Both the position numbers and the translations under genes were made by a program. This document shows positions 7,688 through 15,936 of a stretch of DNA of 27,840 nucleotides, in pieces (positions within the stretch are counted from its first letter, which is position 1; every line of letters begins with the position of its first letter). Source of the stretch: a virus (lineage: Duplodnaviria > Caudoviricetes); the IMG/VR virus record IMGVR_UViG_3300037465_000215, positions 1-27,840 of that record, one strand, 5' to 3'. The notes below the pieces were generated by a model. It was not told the origin of the DNA and made no database searches. It saw only the letters and a list, made by a program, of their open reading frames with translations.

Positions 7688-9322
7688 ATGTTCAAGCGAT
7701 TCTTCGACCCGGGCGGCGCGAAGGGCGGCGCACTCGTCGAGCTTCCGGCCCCCGACGTGGACACGGTGGACGGCATGAAGTCCGCCGTGAAGGCGCTCGT
7801 GGACGCGAGCAACCTCCTCATCGCTCGCGAGAAGTCCGGCCGCGTCGTAACCGAGGACGAGTGGAAGAAACTCGACGAAGGGCTCCGTGAACTGAGCGGA
7901 AAGCTCAAGGCCACGGAGGACCTGCTCCGGGCGAACAGTCCGACCGGCTCGGGCGCGCAGCAGGCGTTCCTGCTCGAGAAGGCCGCGCTCCGGCTCGACC
8001 CGCCCGACGACATCTCGGCCGCGCAGCGGAGCTACTACAACGTCGCTTCGCTGACGTTCGAGGAACTCGCCGGACTGTCGCACGTCTCGCGAGCGCAGCA
8101 GCGGGCGACCGGCGTATCCGAGCGGGTCGTGGACGCGTACTCGTCCCCGGGGGCGCTCGCGCTCCAGCGGGCGCAGGCGCGCTTCCACTACCTGAACGAC
8201 CTGCTCCTGATGAAGGACGTGCTGCTCGCGAACGGCGCGAATCGCGGGCAGCGTGCGGACCTCCCGGCACGCCTCGCCCGGATGCAGGGATACCGGGAGT
8301 GGGCCGAGTACGAGCGCATCGTCGGCGAGTTCCAGAAGGCGTTCAACGAGACGACCGCCGGGGTCGGCCTGAACTGGGTCCCGACGATTCTGTCGGCGCA
8401 GATGATGGACCTCGTGCAGGTCGAGCTGCGGGTCGCCGCGCTGTTCCCGCAACTCACGATGACATCGAAGGTCCTCGACTGGCCTGTGCTCGGCGCGGAC
8501 CTCGTCGCGTACCAGATGGGCGAGGCCACGGGTGACGCGTCGGCCGCGACCGGCACGGCTTCGACCGCGACCACGAACAAGAAGCCGTTCACTGCGCAGA
8601 AGCTCGGAGTACGCACCTACGCGTCGTCCGAGATTCTGGAGGACAGCATCGTCCCGATGCTCGAGTTCATCCTCGCCAACACGGCGAAGGCGCTCGCACG
8701 CGGCATCGAGGACGCCATCATCAACGGCGAATTCAACGCCGCGACGATGGACGGGACGACCTTCAATCCCGCCGGGGACGCGAAGCGCGTGTGGAACGGG
8801 CTTCGCTACTACAACTTCATCACCGCGTCCTACCCGGGCGACGTTGACGCGGCCGGAACGCTCACGTCGGCGAAGCTGCTCGACGCGCAACTCACGACCG
8901 GGGCGTTCGGCGCGACGCCTTCGATGTGGGCGTGGGTTGTCGGATTCCGTGGCATGAAGGCGCTCATGAAGCAGGCCGAAGTCATCACGCTGGAGAAGTT
9001 CGGCCCGAACGCGTCCATCCTCTCGGGGCAGGTCGCGAGTATCTTCGGTTCGCCCGTCATCCTGTCGGAGTTCGTGTTCGACCAGAAGACGACCGGCCTC
9101 TACGGCGACGGCACGGCCCGCAACTTCGGGTCGGTCATCGGCGTGCATCGCGGGGCGTTCGGCTTCGCGACGCGGCGCGGAATCTCGGTCAACGGGTCAA
9201 CGGACCGGCACATTGACGCGGACCAGACCATCGTGGTCGGGACGACTCGGAACGACTTCCAGCCGTTCTTCACACCGTCGGCCTCGGTCGTGCCGACGTG
9301 CATCCTGTACAACTTCTCGTGA
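7688..9322 (+). CDS. Major capsid protein, HK97 fold, with an N-terminal scaffold (delta) region of about 217 aa
   Basis: QKAFNETTAGVGLNWVPTILS, SSEILEDS, LARGIEDAIING and IFGSPVILS are typical HK97-family motifs. GGGAG RBS before ATG 7688. Confidence 0.93.
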   Translation: MFKRFFDPGGAKGGALVELPAPDVDTVDGMKSAVKALVDASNLLIAREKSGRVVTEDEWKKLDEGLRELSGKLKATEDLLRANSPTGSGAQQAFLLEKAALRLDPPDDISAAQRSYYNVASLTFEELAGLSHVSRAQQRATGVSERVVDAYSSPGALALQRAQARFHYLNDLLLMKDVLLANGANRGQRADLPARLARMQGYREWAEYERIVGEFQKAFNETTAGVGLNWVPTILSAQMMDLVQVELRVAALFPQLTMTSKVLDWPVLGADLVAYQMGEATGDASAATGTASTATTNKKPFTAQKLGVRTYASSEILEDSIVPMLEFILANTAKALARGIEDAIINGEFNAATMDGTTFNPAGDAKRVWNGLRYYNFITASYPGDVDAAGTLTSAKLLDAQLTTGAFGATPSMWAWVVGFRGMKALMKQAEVITLEKFGPNASILSGQVASIFGSPVILSEFVFDQKTTGLYGDGTARNFGSVIGVHRGAFGFATRRGISVNGSTDRHIDADQTIVVGTTRNDFQPFFTPSASVVPTCILYNFS

Positions 9323-9406
9323 CGTAGTCGGGCGCGGGGGCCGGCGCGGCGCGTTATACCGAGGGACGCGCGAGCGGGGTCCCCGCACCGGCAACGCGGA
9401 GCGCAC

Positions 9407-9622
9407 ATGCGGGTCAAGTTCATCGGCAACGTGAACAGTTCCTTCGGCTCTGTCCCGGCGGGCGTCATCGTGACGTTCCGCCCGGGCGAGGAGAAGGTCG
9501 TGGACGGCGGCTTCGACTACCTCAAGAGCGATGATCGCTTCGAGGTCCTTGACGAGAAGGAACAGCCGGGAGACGAGGAGAAGTCGAGGCGCGCGAAGGC
9601 GAAGTCGAAGTCCGACGAGTAA
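9407..9622 (+). CDS. Small hypothetical protein following the capsid gene
   Basis: GGAG RBS. MRVKFIG...PGE pattern with a charged tail, commonly seen after capsid genes. Confidence 0.75.
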   Translation: MRVKFIGNVNSSFGSVPAGVIVTFRPGEEKVVDGGFDYLKSDDRFEVLDEKEQPGDEEKSRRAKAKSKSDE

Positions 9623-9705
9623 CTTCGGGCGCGGTCGTCGAGCGGAGCATGGGTGCGGCCCTCATGCCGAGCGAAGGCACCGCGCCCGTCTCTTGAGGGC
9701 GACAC

Positions 9706-10314
9706 ATGGCACAAGTTGGGGCGTACTCGCTCGTGACGCTCGACGAGGCGCGAGACTTTCTCAAGCGCACGACGACAGACGACGACGACGCCATCGCGCT
9801 CTACGCGGATAGCGCCACGGCGCTCATCGAGACGTACTGCGCCCGGAAGCTCAAGTCGCGCACCTACGACGGCGGCGCGGGGAACGAACCTAAGATGCTC
9901 CTGAGCGGGCGCGGCGCGCACGAAATCTCGTTCAGCCAGTACCCGGTGACCTCCGTCTCGGCCGTCGTTGCGCGCTCGGACGACGGCGTTACGACCCGGA
10001 CGCTAGACATCACAGGGCATCGGCTCCTGTACGGTGGGCGTCGGATGTTTCTGCCACGGGACGTATTCGACGAAGGCGAGGACAACATCGAAGTCACCTG
10101 CGTCGCCGGATACCTCGCGGGGACGCACGACGCGGAACTGCGGTCGCTCAGAATGGGATGCCTGCGGTGGCTACAGGTACTGTGGCAGGACAAGGACCTC
10201 GCCGTCGGGCGCGGGGCGAATATCTCCGTCGGCGGCGAGTCGCTGTCGTTCATCGGCGATGCTATCCCGAAGGACATCGCGCTAATGCTGCGGCCGTTCG
10301 AGCGGTGGTTCTGA
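9706..10314 (+). CDS. Head-tail connector/adaptor (gp6/gp15-like)
   Basis: LVTLDEARDFLK...DD...SATALIETYCAR, VTCVAGY, C-terminal MLRPF, and position after the capsid gene. Confidence 0.85.
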   Translation: MAQVGAYSLVTLDEARDFLKRTTTDDDDAIALYADSATALIETYCARKLKSRTYDGGAGNEPKMLLSGRGAHEISFSQYPVTSVSAVVARSDDGVTTRTLDITGHRLLYGGRRMFLPRDVFDEGEDNIEVTCVAGYLAGTHDAELRSLRMGCLRWLQVLWQDKDLAVGRGANISVGGESLSFIGDAIPKDIALMLRPFERWF

Positions 10315-10976
10315 TGCCCGTCTCCGTCGGTATCCGGCTCGGTCGCGCGACCGCGCGCGCGCGTATGAAGCGCCTGCCCCCGGCGCTCCGCGCGGCGCAG
10401 TCGCAGGCGATGACGCGCGCCGTCGTCATGGTCGAGGCGGACCTGCGCGCGAACTCGTTCACCGGGAAGAAAGGCTCCGACGCCTTCTGGGGCGTCACCG
10501 GGGCGTCCGGGGATGCGCTCGGGGCGCGGAGCGGGCACACGCGCCGGAGCATCGTGTCGCGCACGTTCGTCGGTGCGGGCGGGACGGCCGTCACGGGTAC
10601 GGTGGGCTCGCCGCTCCCGCAGATGAAGGTCCACGAGCACGGCGGCGTCGTCCGTGGCAAGCCGTGGCTACGTATCCCGACGAAGGTGATGCAGACTCCG
10701 GCGGGCGTGGACGCGCTCGCGGGGCGCTCGGCGCGCACGTTGCCGAATACGCGTGTCATCACGTCGAAACGCGGGAACCCGTGGATTGTAGAGGTTGGCA
10801 CGCCGCGCTCGCGACGCGCGTCGGAGATTCAGGGCTTCCCGCTTATGCTCTACATGCTCGTCCGGCAGGTCACGCTGCGCCCGCGCCGAATGTTCGCCGC
10901 GTCGCTCAAGCGCATGCGGCCAAAGGTCGCGGCGCTATTCTCCGGCCGGTTCTCGGCCGTCGTGCGAGGGAACTGA
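10314..10976 (+). CDS. HK97 gp10-like / virion morphogenesis (neck) protein
   Basis: TGATG coupling. RSGHTRRSI, VGS....KVHEHGG and LRPRRMF motifs in a basic protein. Confidence 0.7.
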   Translation: MPVSVGIRLGRATARARMKRLPPALRAAQSQAMTRAVVMVEADLRANSFTGKKGSDAFWGVTGASGDALGARSGHTRRSIVSRTFVGAGGTAVTGTVGSPLPQMKVHEHGGVVRGKPWLRIPTKVMQTPAGVDALAGRSARTLPNTRVITSKRGNPWIVEVGTPRSRRASEIQGFPLMLYMLVRQVTLRPRRMFAASLKRMRPKVAALFSGRFSAVVRGN

Positions 10977-11440
10977 TGGGCGTCGTGCGCACGTACACGC
11001 CGATGAATGCCATCGCCGAAGCCATCCTTGAGCGGCTCGCTGGCATTTCGCACCGGAAGGACTCTGCCTATATTACGTCGCCGAGGTCAGTCGCGCGCCT
11101 CGCGGTCCTCGGTGACTTCGCGGGCATGGCGAAGCCGCTGGTCGCTCTGACCTGCCTCGGTTGGGAGGTCGAGCCACAGTCCGGTCGCCGGTTCGAGGGT
11201 ACGCTCGCGTTCGGCGTCCACTGCATCACGGAAAATACGGCGGACGCTGAGGGTGAACTCCTGAATCTCGTCTCAGACGTGCTCTATGCGCTCGAGCAGG
11301 ACGTGACCGTGGATGGACAAGCGGTGTATCTATTTCCTACGGGCTTCGAGCCGAACGTGGACCTGACGAACCGCACGGGACTGGCCGTCACGACGGTACG
11401 CTTCGAGTGCCGGTACAAGTACGACGCGGTCGCACCGTGA
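10976..11440 (+). CDS. Putative tail terminator/completion protein (154 aa)
   Basis: TGATG coupling, N-terminal AIAEAILERLAGI helix, position immediately before the tail tube gene. Confidence 0.65.
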   Translation: MGVVRTYTPMNAIAEAILERLAGISHRKDSAYITSPRSVARLAVLGDFAGMAKPLVALTCLGWEVEPQSGRRFEGTLAFGVHCITENTADAEGELLNLVSDVLYALEQDVTVDGQAVYLFPTGFEPNVDLTNRTGLAVTTVRFECRYKYDAVAP

Positions 11441-11460
11441 CCGCATAGGAGGGTCCAGCG

Positions 11461-12501
11461 ATGTCACCGTTCACCGTTCCCGGCCTCGGCTTCAAGGGCA
11501 AGCTGCTCATCGCCCGCGAGACGACTTACGCCACGACTCCCACCGCCGCCGATGTCGGCATGGAACTGCTGTCGGCGACCATCACGCCGAAGCTCTCCGT
11601 CATCGAGGACCCGTCGCTGTCGAACACGCAGTCGTCGCGACGGTTCATCGGACAGGGAGGGCAGAGCTACGAAGCGACGTTCCGCGTGCGCTTGAACTAC
11701 GAGGGCATGCTCACGCTGCTCCGCATGTTCTTCCCCGTCTACACGTCGGCCGTCGTAGACACGTCCGCACGCGACCACACGTTCAAGGAGTGGGTCGGCG
11801 CGGCCGGTCAACCGTATTCCTACTCGCTCGACTTCCTGTGGGGCGACGTGCCGACCGGACGCTCGAACCGGCTCGCGGGCGCATATGGCACGGCGCTCCG
11901 TATCGCAGGGCAGGCGGGCACGGGCGAGTCGGCGATGCTCACGGCCGAGGTCACGGTCGTCGCGAAGACGCTCACGGCGAACGTCACGCCCATCATGACC
12001 GGCGGCGCGCTCCCGGCCGCGCTCGGCGTCATCTACCACCAGCAGCTTCGCACGTCGGGCAACTTCAAGGACGGCTCGACGGCCGCGTTCGACGCCATTC
12101 AGCTTCGCGCGTTCGAGTTCTCGATGACGAAGCCGTTCGACGTGAACCGCTTCCTGTTCGGGCAGGTCAACGCCGAGCAGCCGGTGCCGAACGGATTCGT
12201 GGACGCGACCATGATGTTCGACGAGGAGTGGAACGACTACGTCCTCCTGAACACGGCGAAGGACAACACGCCGACGCAACTCAAGCTGCTGTTCCAGCAC
12301 CCGACCGTCATCGGCGCGGCGACGGCGAAGCGCGAGTTCGAAATCATCGCGTCCTCGCCGACCGCCGCCGAGTACGGGACGGAACTACCCGGCTACGGCG
12401 TCATCACGCAGCGCGTGAGCTACCGGCTCGCGTTCAACGCGACGGACGCCAGCCTCGCCGTCATCCGGGTCCGCACGACCGAAGCGGCGATGTCGTACTG
12501 A
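11461..12501 (+). CDS. Major tail (tube) protein
   Basis: Strong AGGAGG RBS. N-terminal G....L.IARETTYAT.P motif and DHTF. Thr/beta-rich 346 aa. Confidence 0.82.
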   Translation: MSPFTVPGLGFKGKLLIARETTYATTPTAADVGMELLSATITPKLSVIEDPSLSNTQSSRRFIGQGGQSYEATFRVRLNYEGMLTLLRMFFPVYTSAVVDTSARDHTFKEWVGAAGQPYSYSLDFLWGDVPTGRSNRLAGAYGTALRIAGQAGTGESAMLTAEVTVVAKTLTANVTPIMTGGALPAALGVIYHQQLRTSGNFKDGSTAAFDAIQLRAFEFSMTKPFDVNRFLFGQVNAEQPVPNGFVDATMMFDEEWNDYVLLNTAKDNTPTQLKLLFQHPTVIGAATAKREFEIIASSPTAAEYGTELPGYGVITQRVSYRLAFNATDASLAVIRVRTTEAAMSY

Positions 12502-12514
12502 CCCCGGAGGCTTC

Positions 12515-13090
12515 ATGGCCGACACGAAGCACACCGCAGCGGGCGAGGTCGTCCTTCCCGTCGAGCGGGTCGAACTGACCGGGCGTGCGCTCCGGCGAGC
12601 GGACGGTACTCCGCTCGTCGTGGCGTGCGAGTATCTCGACGAGGATAGACTGCTCTCCATCATCGAGGCTGCGCCGGGGCATACGCCGGTCCTCGGCATC
12701 CCCGAGCAGACGGATAGCGCCGCCACGGCTCGAGCGCTGCTCCAGTACGCTCCGGGACTCATTACGGCTTCATGCGTGCTCGTCGGGCCGGACGGGGCGG
12801 AACAACGACCCGCGTTCCACTTCGGTCCCGACCCGAAGGACGGGTCCCTGCCCGGCAGGTTCCTGAGCGCCGCCGAGAAGGTGCGGCTCATCGTCGTTAT
12901 CTTGCAGGTCTGCGGGTTCGTGGGAGGTCCCGCCGACTCGCTCAAGTTTCCTGACGGAGTCGGAGCGGGGCGGACTTCTGGCGTTGGACATGTGGACGCT
13001 GGCGAAGGGGACGGGAACGCGGCCGGTGATACTGATTCTCGGGGAAGCGAAGGCGTCGAGGCTCCTGCCGATGCAGGCGCTCGCGGTTGA
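12515..13090 (+). CDS. Tail assembly chaperone (gpG-like)
   Basis: Lies between tail tube and tape measure, with a GGAGG RBS. Confidence 0.7.
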   Translation: MADTKHTAAGEVVLPVERVELTGRALRRADGTPLVVACEYLDEDRLLSIIEAAPGHTPVLGIPEQTDSAATARALLQYAPGLITASCVLVGPDGAEQRPAFHFGPDPKDGSLPGRFLSAAEKVRLIVVILQVCGFVGGPADSLKFPDGVGAGRTSGVGHVDAGEGDGNAAGDTDSRGSEGVEAPADAGARG

Positions 13091-13211
13091 CCTGACGGTC
13101 ATGCGCGCAGCGCGCGCGGCGAAGCGTATCCGCATGGACTCGGCCGGGGCGGCGGATAAGACGGGCTGGAACCTGCTCGTCCGAGGGGTCGCGATGGTCG
13201 CGGAGGAATGA
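12948..13211 (+). CDS. Tail chaperone extension (gpT-like) in the +1 frame, probably reached by ribosomal frameshift
   Basis: The +1 frame is open 12867-13211 and reads FLTESERGGLLALDMWTLAKGTGTRP...ALAVDLTV... It overlaps gpG and ends 1 nt before the tape-measure start. Confidence 0.65.
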   Translation, partial: FLTESERGGLLALDMWTLAKGTGTRPVILILGEAKASRLLPMQALAVDLTVMRAARAAKRIRMDSAGAADKTGWNLLVRGVAMVAEE

Positions 13212-13212
13212 C

Positions 13213-15090
13213 GTGGCGAAGAACGTCGAGGAAATCGTCCTTCAAGCCCGCGATGAGGCGTCGGCCGTCATCAACAACGTCGCCGGGCAACTCGGCGGAC
13301 TCGGCACGGTCCTCACGCGGCTCGCGCAGACGGCCGGTCCGGTCGGCTTCGGGCTCGCCGGTGTCGCCGCCGCTGCGGGCGGCATCGTCCTCGTCGGTGC
13401 GAAGCTCGCGGACACGGTCGAGCAGCTTGACCTGCTCGCGAGCCGGACTGGCGTCAGCATCGAGCGGCTGCAAGTGTTCCGTCGCGTCATCGAGGAAGCG
13501 GGCGGCGACCCGGAGACGCTCACGACCGCGCTGTCGTTCCTGAACCGAGCCATCGCGACGGGCGACCCGCTGCTCGCGAAGCTCGGTATCACGACGAAGG
13601 ACACGTTCGACGCGTTCATGCAACTGTCGCAGGCGTTCGCCGGGAGCGAGGACACGGCGAAGAAGACGGAGATTGCGTTCCAGCTTCTCGGGCGCGGCGC
13701 GGGGAACCTTATCGGCCTGATGCCGTCGCTCGGCTCGGCGTTCCGCGACATGGACGCGCAGATGCGCGCGACGGGCGGGCTCATCGAGGGCGAGGTCGCG
13801 GCGAAGGCGCGCGAACTCGATAAGGACCTCGATACGCTGTCGCGGAACTGGTCCGGCTTCCTGACGCGCATCCAATCCGCGACGGTGCCGTGGGCGGCGG
13901 AAATCGTCCAGCAGTTCAACGAAGTGTGGGACGCCATCACCGGCAAGGGGAAGGGACGCCCGACTTCGACCGGCGAAGTGGACGAGCGGATTCGCCGCAC
14001 GCAGGAGCGCATCTCCGCGCTGGAGTCCACGGCCGCAGGTATCACGCCACTCAGCGACCTCGACCGCGACGCCATCTCCCGGCTCGCGCACATCAATACG
14101 CTACTCGACGGGCAGCGCGAACGAATGCGGACCCTGCTCAAGATGCGCGCCGAGATGGAAACGGCGGACGAGGCGCGCGCGCGCTTCGAGTCCATCGGTG
14201 GGGGCGGCGGGCGTCGCACCGACTCGCTCGGCGGCGTCTCTCTTGAGAAGCCGGAAGATAACGCCGCCATGAAGGCGCGTGAGGAACGACTCAAGGAACT
14301 CCAGCGCATCCTCGGCGTGACGCGCGTCGAAGCGGTCCGCGTCGCTGCGGCGCTCGATGCCATCGAGGACGCGAAGAAGCGCGCGGACATCACGAAGGCG
14401 CTCACGCTCGGACCCGAGACAACGGCATCCATCGAGGACTTCAACGCGCGCCTCGTCGAAACCGAGGCGCTGCTCGGCGTCTCGCGCGAGCGCGCCATCG
14501 AACTGCTCCGGGCGTTCGACGAGAAGCGCCTCAAGGAGCGCCGCGAGGCGCTTGAGTCACAACTCGGCCTTCGCTACGACCGGCCCGCCGGACCCGAACT
14601 TCCGCCGGGCGGCGTCCGACCGACGTCGAAGCAGACGGCCGACGAGTGGAAGGAGGCGCTCGACAAGCTCACGGACGCGACGGGCGTCGCGGATGCGATG
14701 TTCGGCGCGTTGTTCTCCGGGCTGCAGCAGGGATTCTCGCAGGCGTTCAGCAGCATCATCTCGGGCTCGGCGACGGCGGCGGCGGTCGTGCGGACCATCT
14801 TCAAGTCGCTCGTGGACGCTATCCTCGCCGAACTCGCGCGCATCGCGGCGGCGACGGTCGTGAAGGCCATCATCAAGGCGTTCGGATTCGGGACCCCGGC
14901 CGGGGCGACTACGACGCCGTATGGCCTGACGACCGCCAGTCCGGGCGTCGGGCAGTTCGGCTCCGACCGCGCGACGACGACGGTGAACATCTATTCCTAC
15001 GACCTGCGCGACGGCGTGCGCGAGCTTCAATCCATCACGGGCGGCTGGCGTACCGCGAACGCGACCGTCGGCTACTTCAAGGAATACTGA
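13213..15090 (+). CDS. Tape measure protein (625 aa)
   Basis: N-terminal IVLQARDEASAVI, LASRTGVSIERLQ and AFQLLGRGA motifs. Ala-rich and helical, in the expected position. Confidence 0.88.
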   Translation: MAKNVEEIVLQARDEASAVINNVAGQLGGLGTVLTRLAQTAGPVGFGLAGVAAAAGGIVLVGAKLADTVEQLDLLASRTGVSIERLQVFRRVIEEAGGDPETLTTALSFLNRAIATGDPLLAKLGITTKDTFDAFMQLSQAFAGSEDTAKKTEIAFQLLGRGAGNLIGLMPSLGSAFRDMDAQMRATGGLIEGEVAAKARELDKDLDTLSRNWSGFLTRIQSATVPWAAEIVQQFNEVWDAITGKGKGRPTSTGEVDERIRRTQERISALESTAAGITPLSDLDRDAISRLAHINTLLDGQRERMRTLLKMRAEMETADEARARFESIGGGGGRRTDSLGGVSLEKPEDNAAMKAREERLKELQRILGVTRVEAVRVAAALDAIEDAKKRADITKALTLGPETTASIEDFNARLVETEALLGVSRERAIELLRAFDEKRLKERREALESQLGLRYDRPAGPELPPGGVRPTSKQTADEWKEALDKLTDATGVADAMFGALFSGLQQGFSQAFSSIISGSATAAAVVRTIFKSLVDAILAELARIAAATVVKAIIKAFGFGTPAGATTTPYGLTTASPGVGQFGSDRATTTVNIYSYDLRDGVRELQSITGGWRTANATVGYFKEY

Positions 15091-15936
15091 GTGGGCAACG
15101 TCCGCTTCGTCCAGAACGCGGGGAATCGGGGTCGCAAGACATCCGCCAGCGCGCCGTACCCGAGGCTCATCAACGGAAATGGCGCTTACTCCGGCGCTCC
15201 GGCGCTCGTGCAGGACGCGAGCTTCCCGATGTCAAACCTACTGGACCCTGACCGTGTCTCGCATATCTACGTCACCGGCCCGAACCCTGCGAACGACGGC
15301 GTGGACCTCATCATCGAGTTCGATACCGGGTCCGCGCCGGTCAGCATTCACGGGGTCGGACTGCTCGGGTTCCGGCGCGCTACCGGGGAAGCGTTCCCAA
15401 ACGTCGTGTATATCGAGTATCTGCTCGGTACGACCTACTCGACATCCGGCTGGTCCGGCGCGGGGACGACGCCGTTCTCGTTCAACGAGGCGACCGACGC
15501 GGGCGTACTGTTCCCGGCCCCCATCAGCGCGAAGTTCTGGCGCTTCCGAATCACGAACGCGGCCTTCTCGGCGGCTGGATTCAGTCTCTCGTCGCCGTTC
15601 ATCGCGCAGACCGTCACCGACCTCGGCTTCCTTTATTCGCGCGCGTCGGAGACTCTCGTTACGCCGAAGTCCACGGTCGAAGGCTACGGGCGTATGCCAG
15701 TCATCACGAGGACAGGGACGCCCTACCGGCGCTGGCTACTCGAATACGCGAATAACGACGCGGCGGCGCGCGCCGTGTTCGACGCCCTCGCCGTGAGCGC
15801 GAACCCGTTCGTGTTCATCCATCCCGACGGGTCCTTCTATGAGTGCGTGATGGACGGCGAAGAGTTCATGCGCGACCACATCTGGGCACCTCCAGACCGC
15901 TTCGCGTTCGTGTTCCCGATGCGAAGCCTGCCCTAA
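15091..15936 (+). CDS. Tail protein (distal-tail-like, probably with an inserted beta-sandwich domain)
   Basis: Immediately follows the tape measure gene. Beta-rich, with SNLLD...AKFWRFRI resembling discoidin-like folds. Function by synteny. Confidence 0.6.
   Translation: MGNVRFVQNAGNRGRKTSASAPYPRLINGNGAYSGAPALVQDASFPMSNLLDPDRVSHIYVTGPNPANDGVDLIIEFDTGSAPVSIHGVGLLGFRRATGEAFPNVVYIEYLLGTTYSTSGWSGAGTTPFSFNEATDAGVLFPAPISAKFWRFRITNAAFSAAGFSLSSPFIAQTVTDLGFLYSRASETLVTPKSTVEGYGRMPVITRTGTPYRRWLLEYANNDAAARAVFDALAVSANPFVFIHPDGSFYECVMDGEEFMRDHIWAPPDRFAFVFPMRSLP

Noticed and set aside
12772-12954. Canonical -1 slippery-site frameshift for the tail chaperone
   Set aside because: I found no XXXYYYZ heptamer near the junction, and the -1 frame terminates at 12952-12954.
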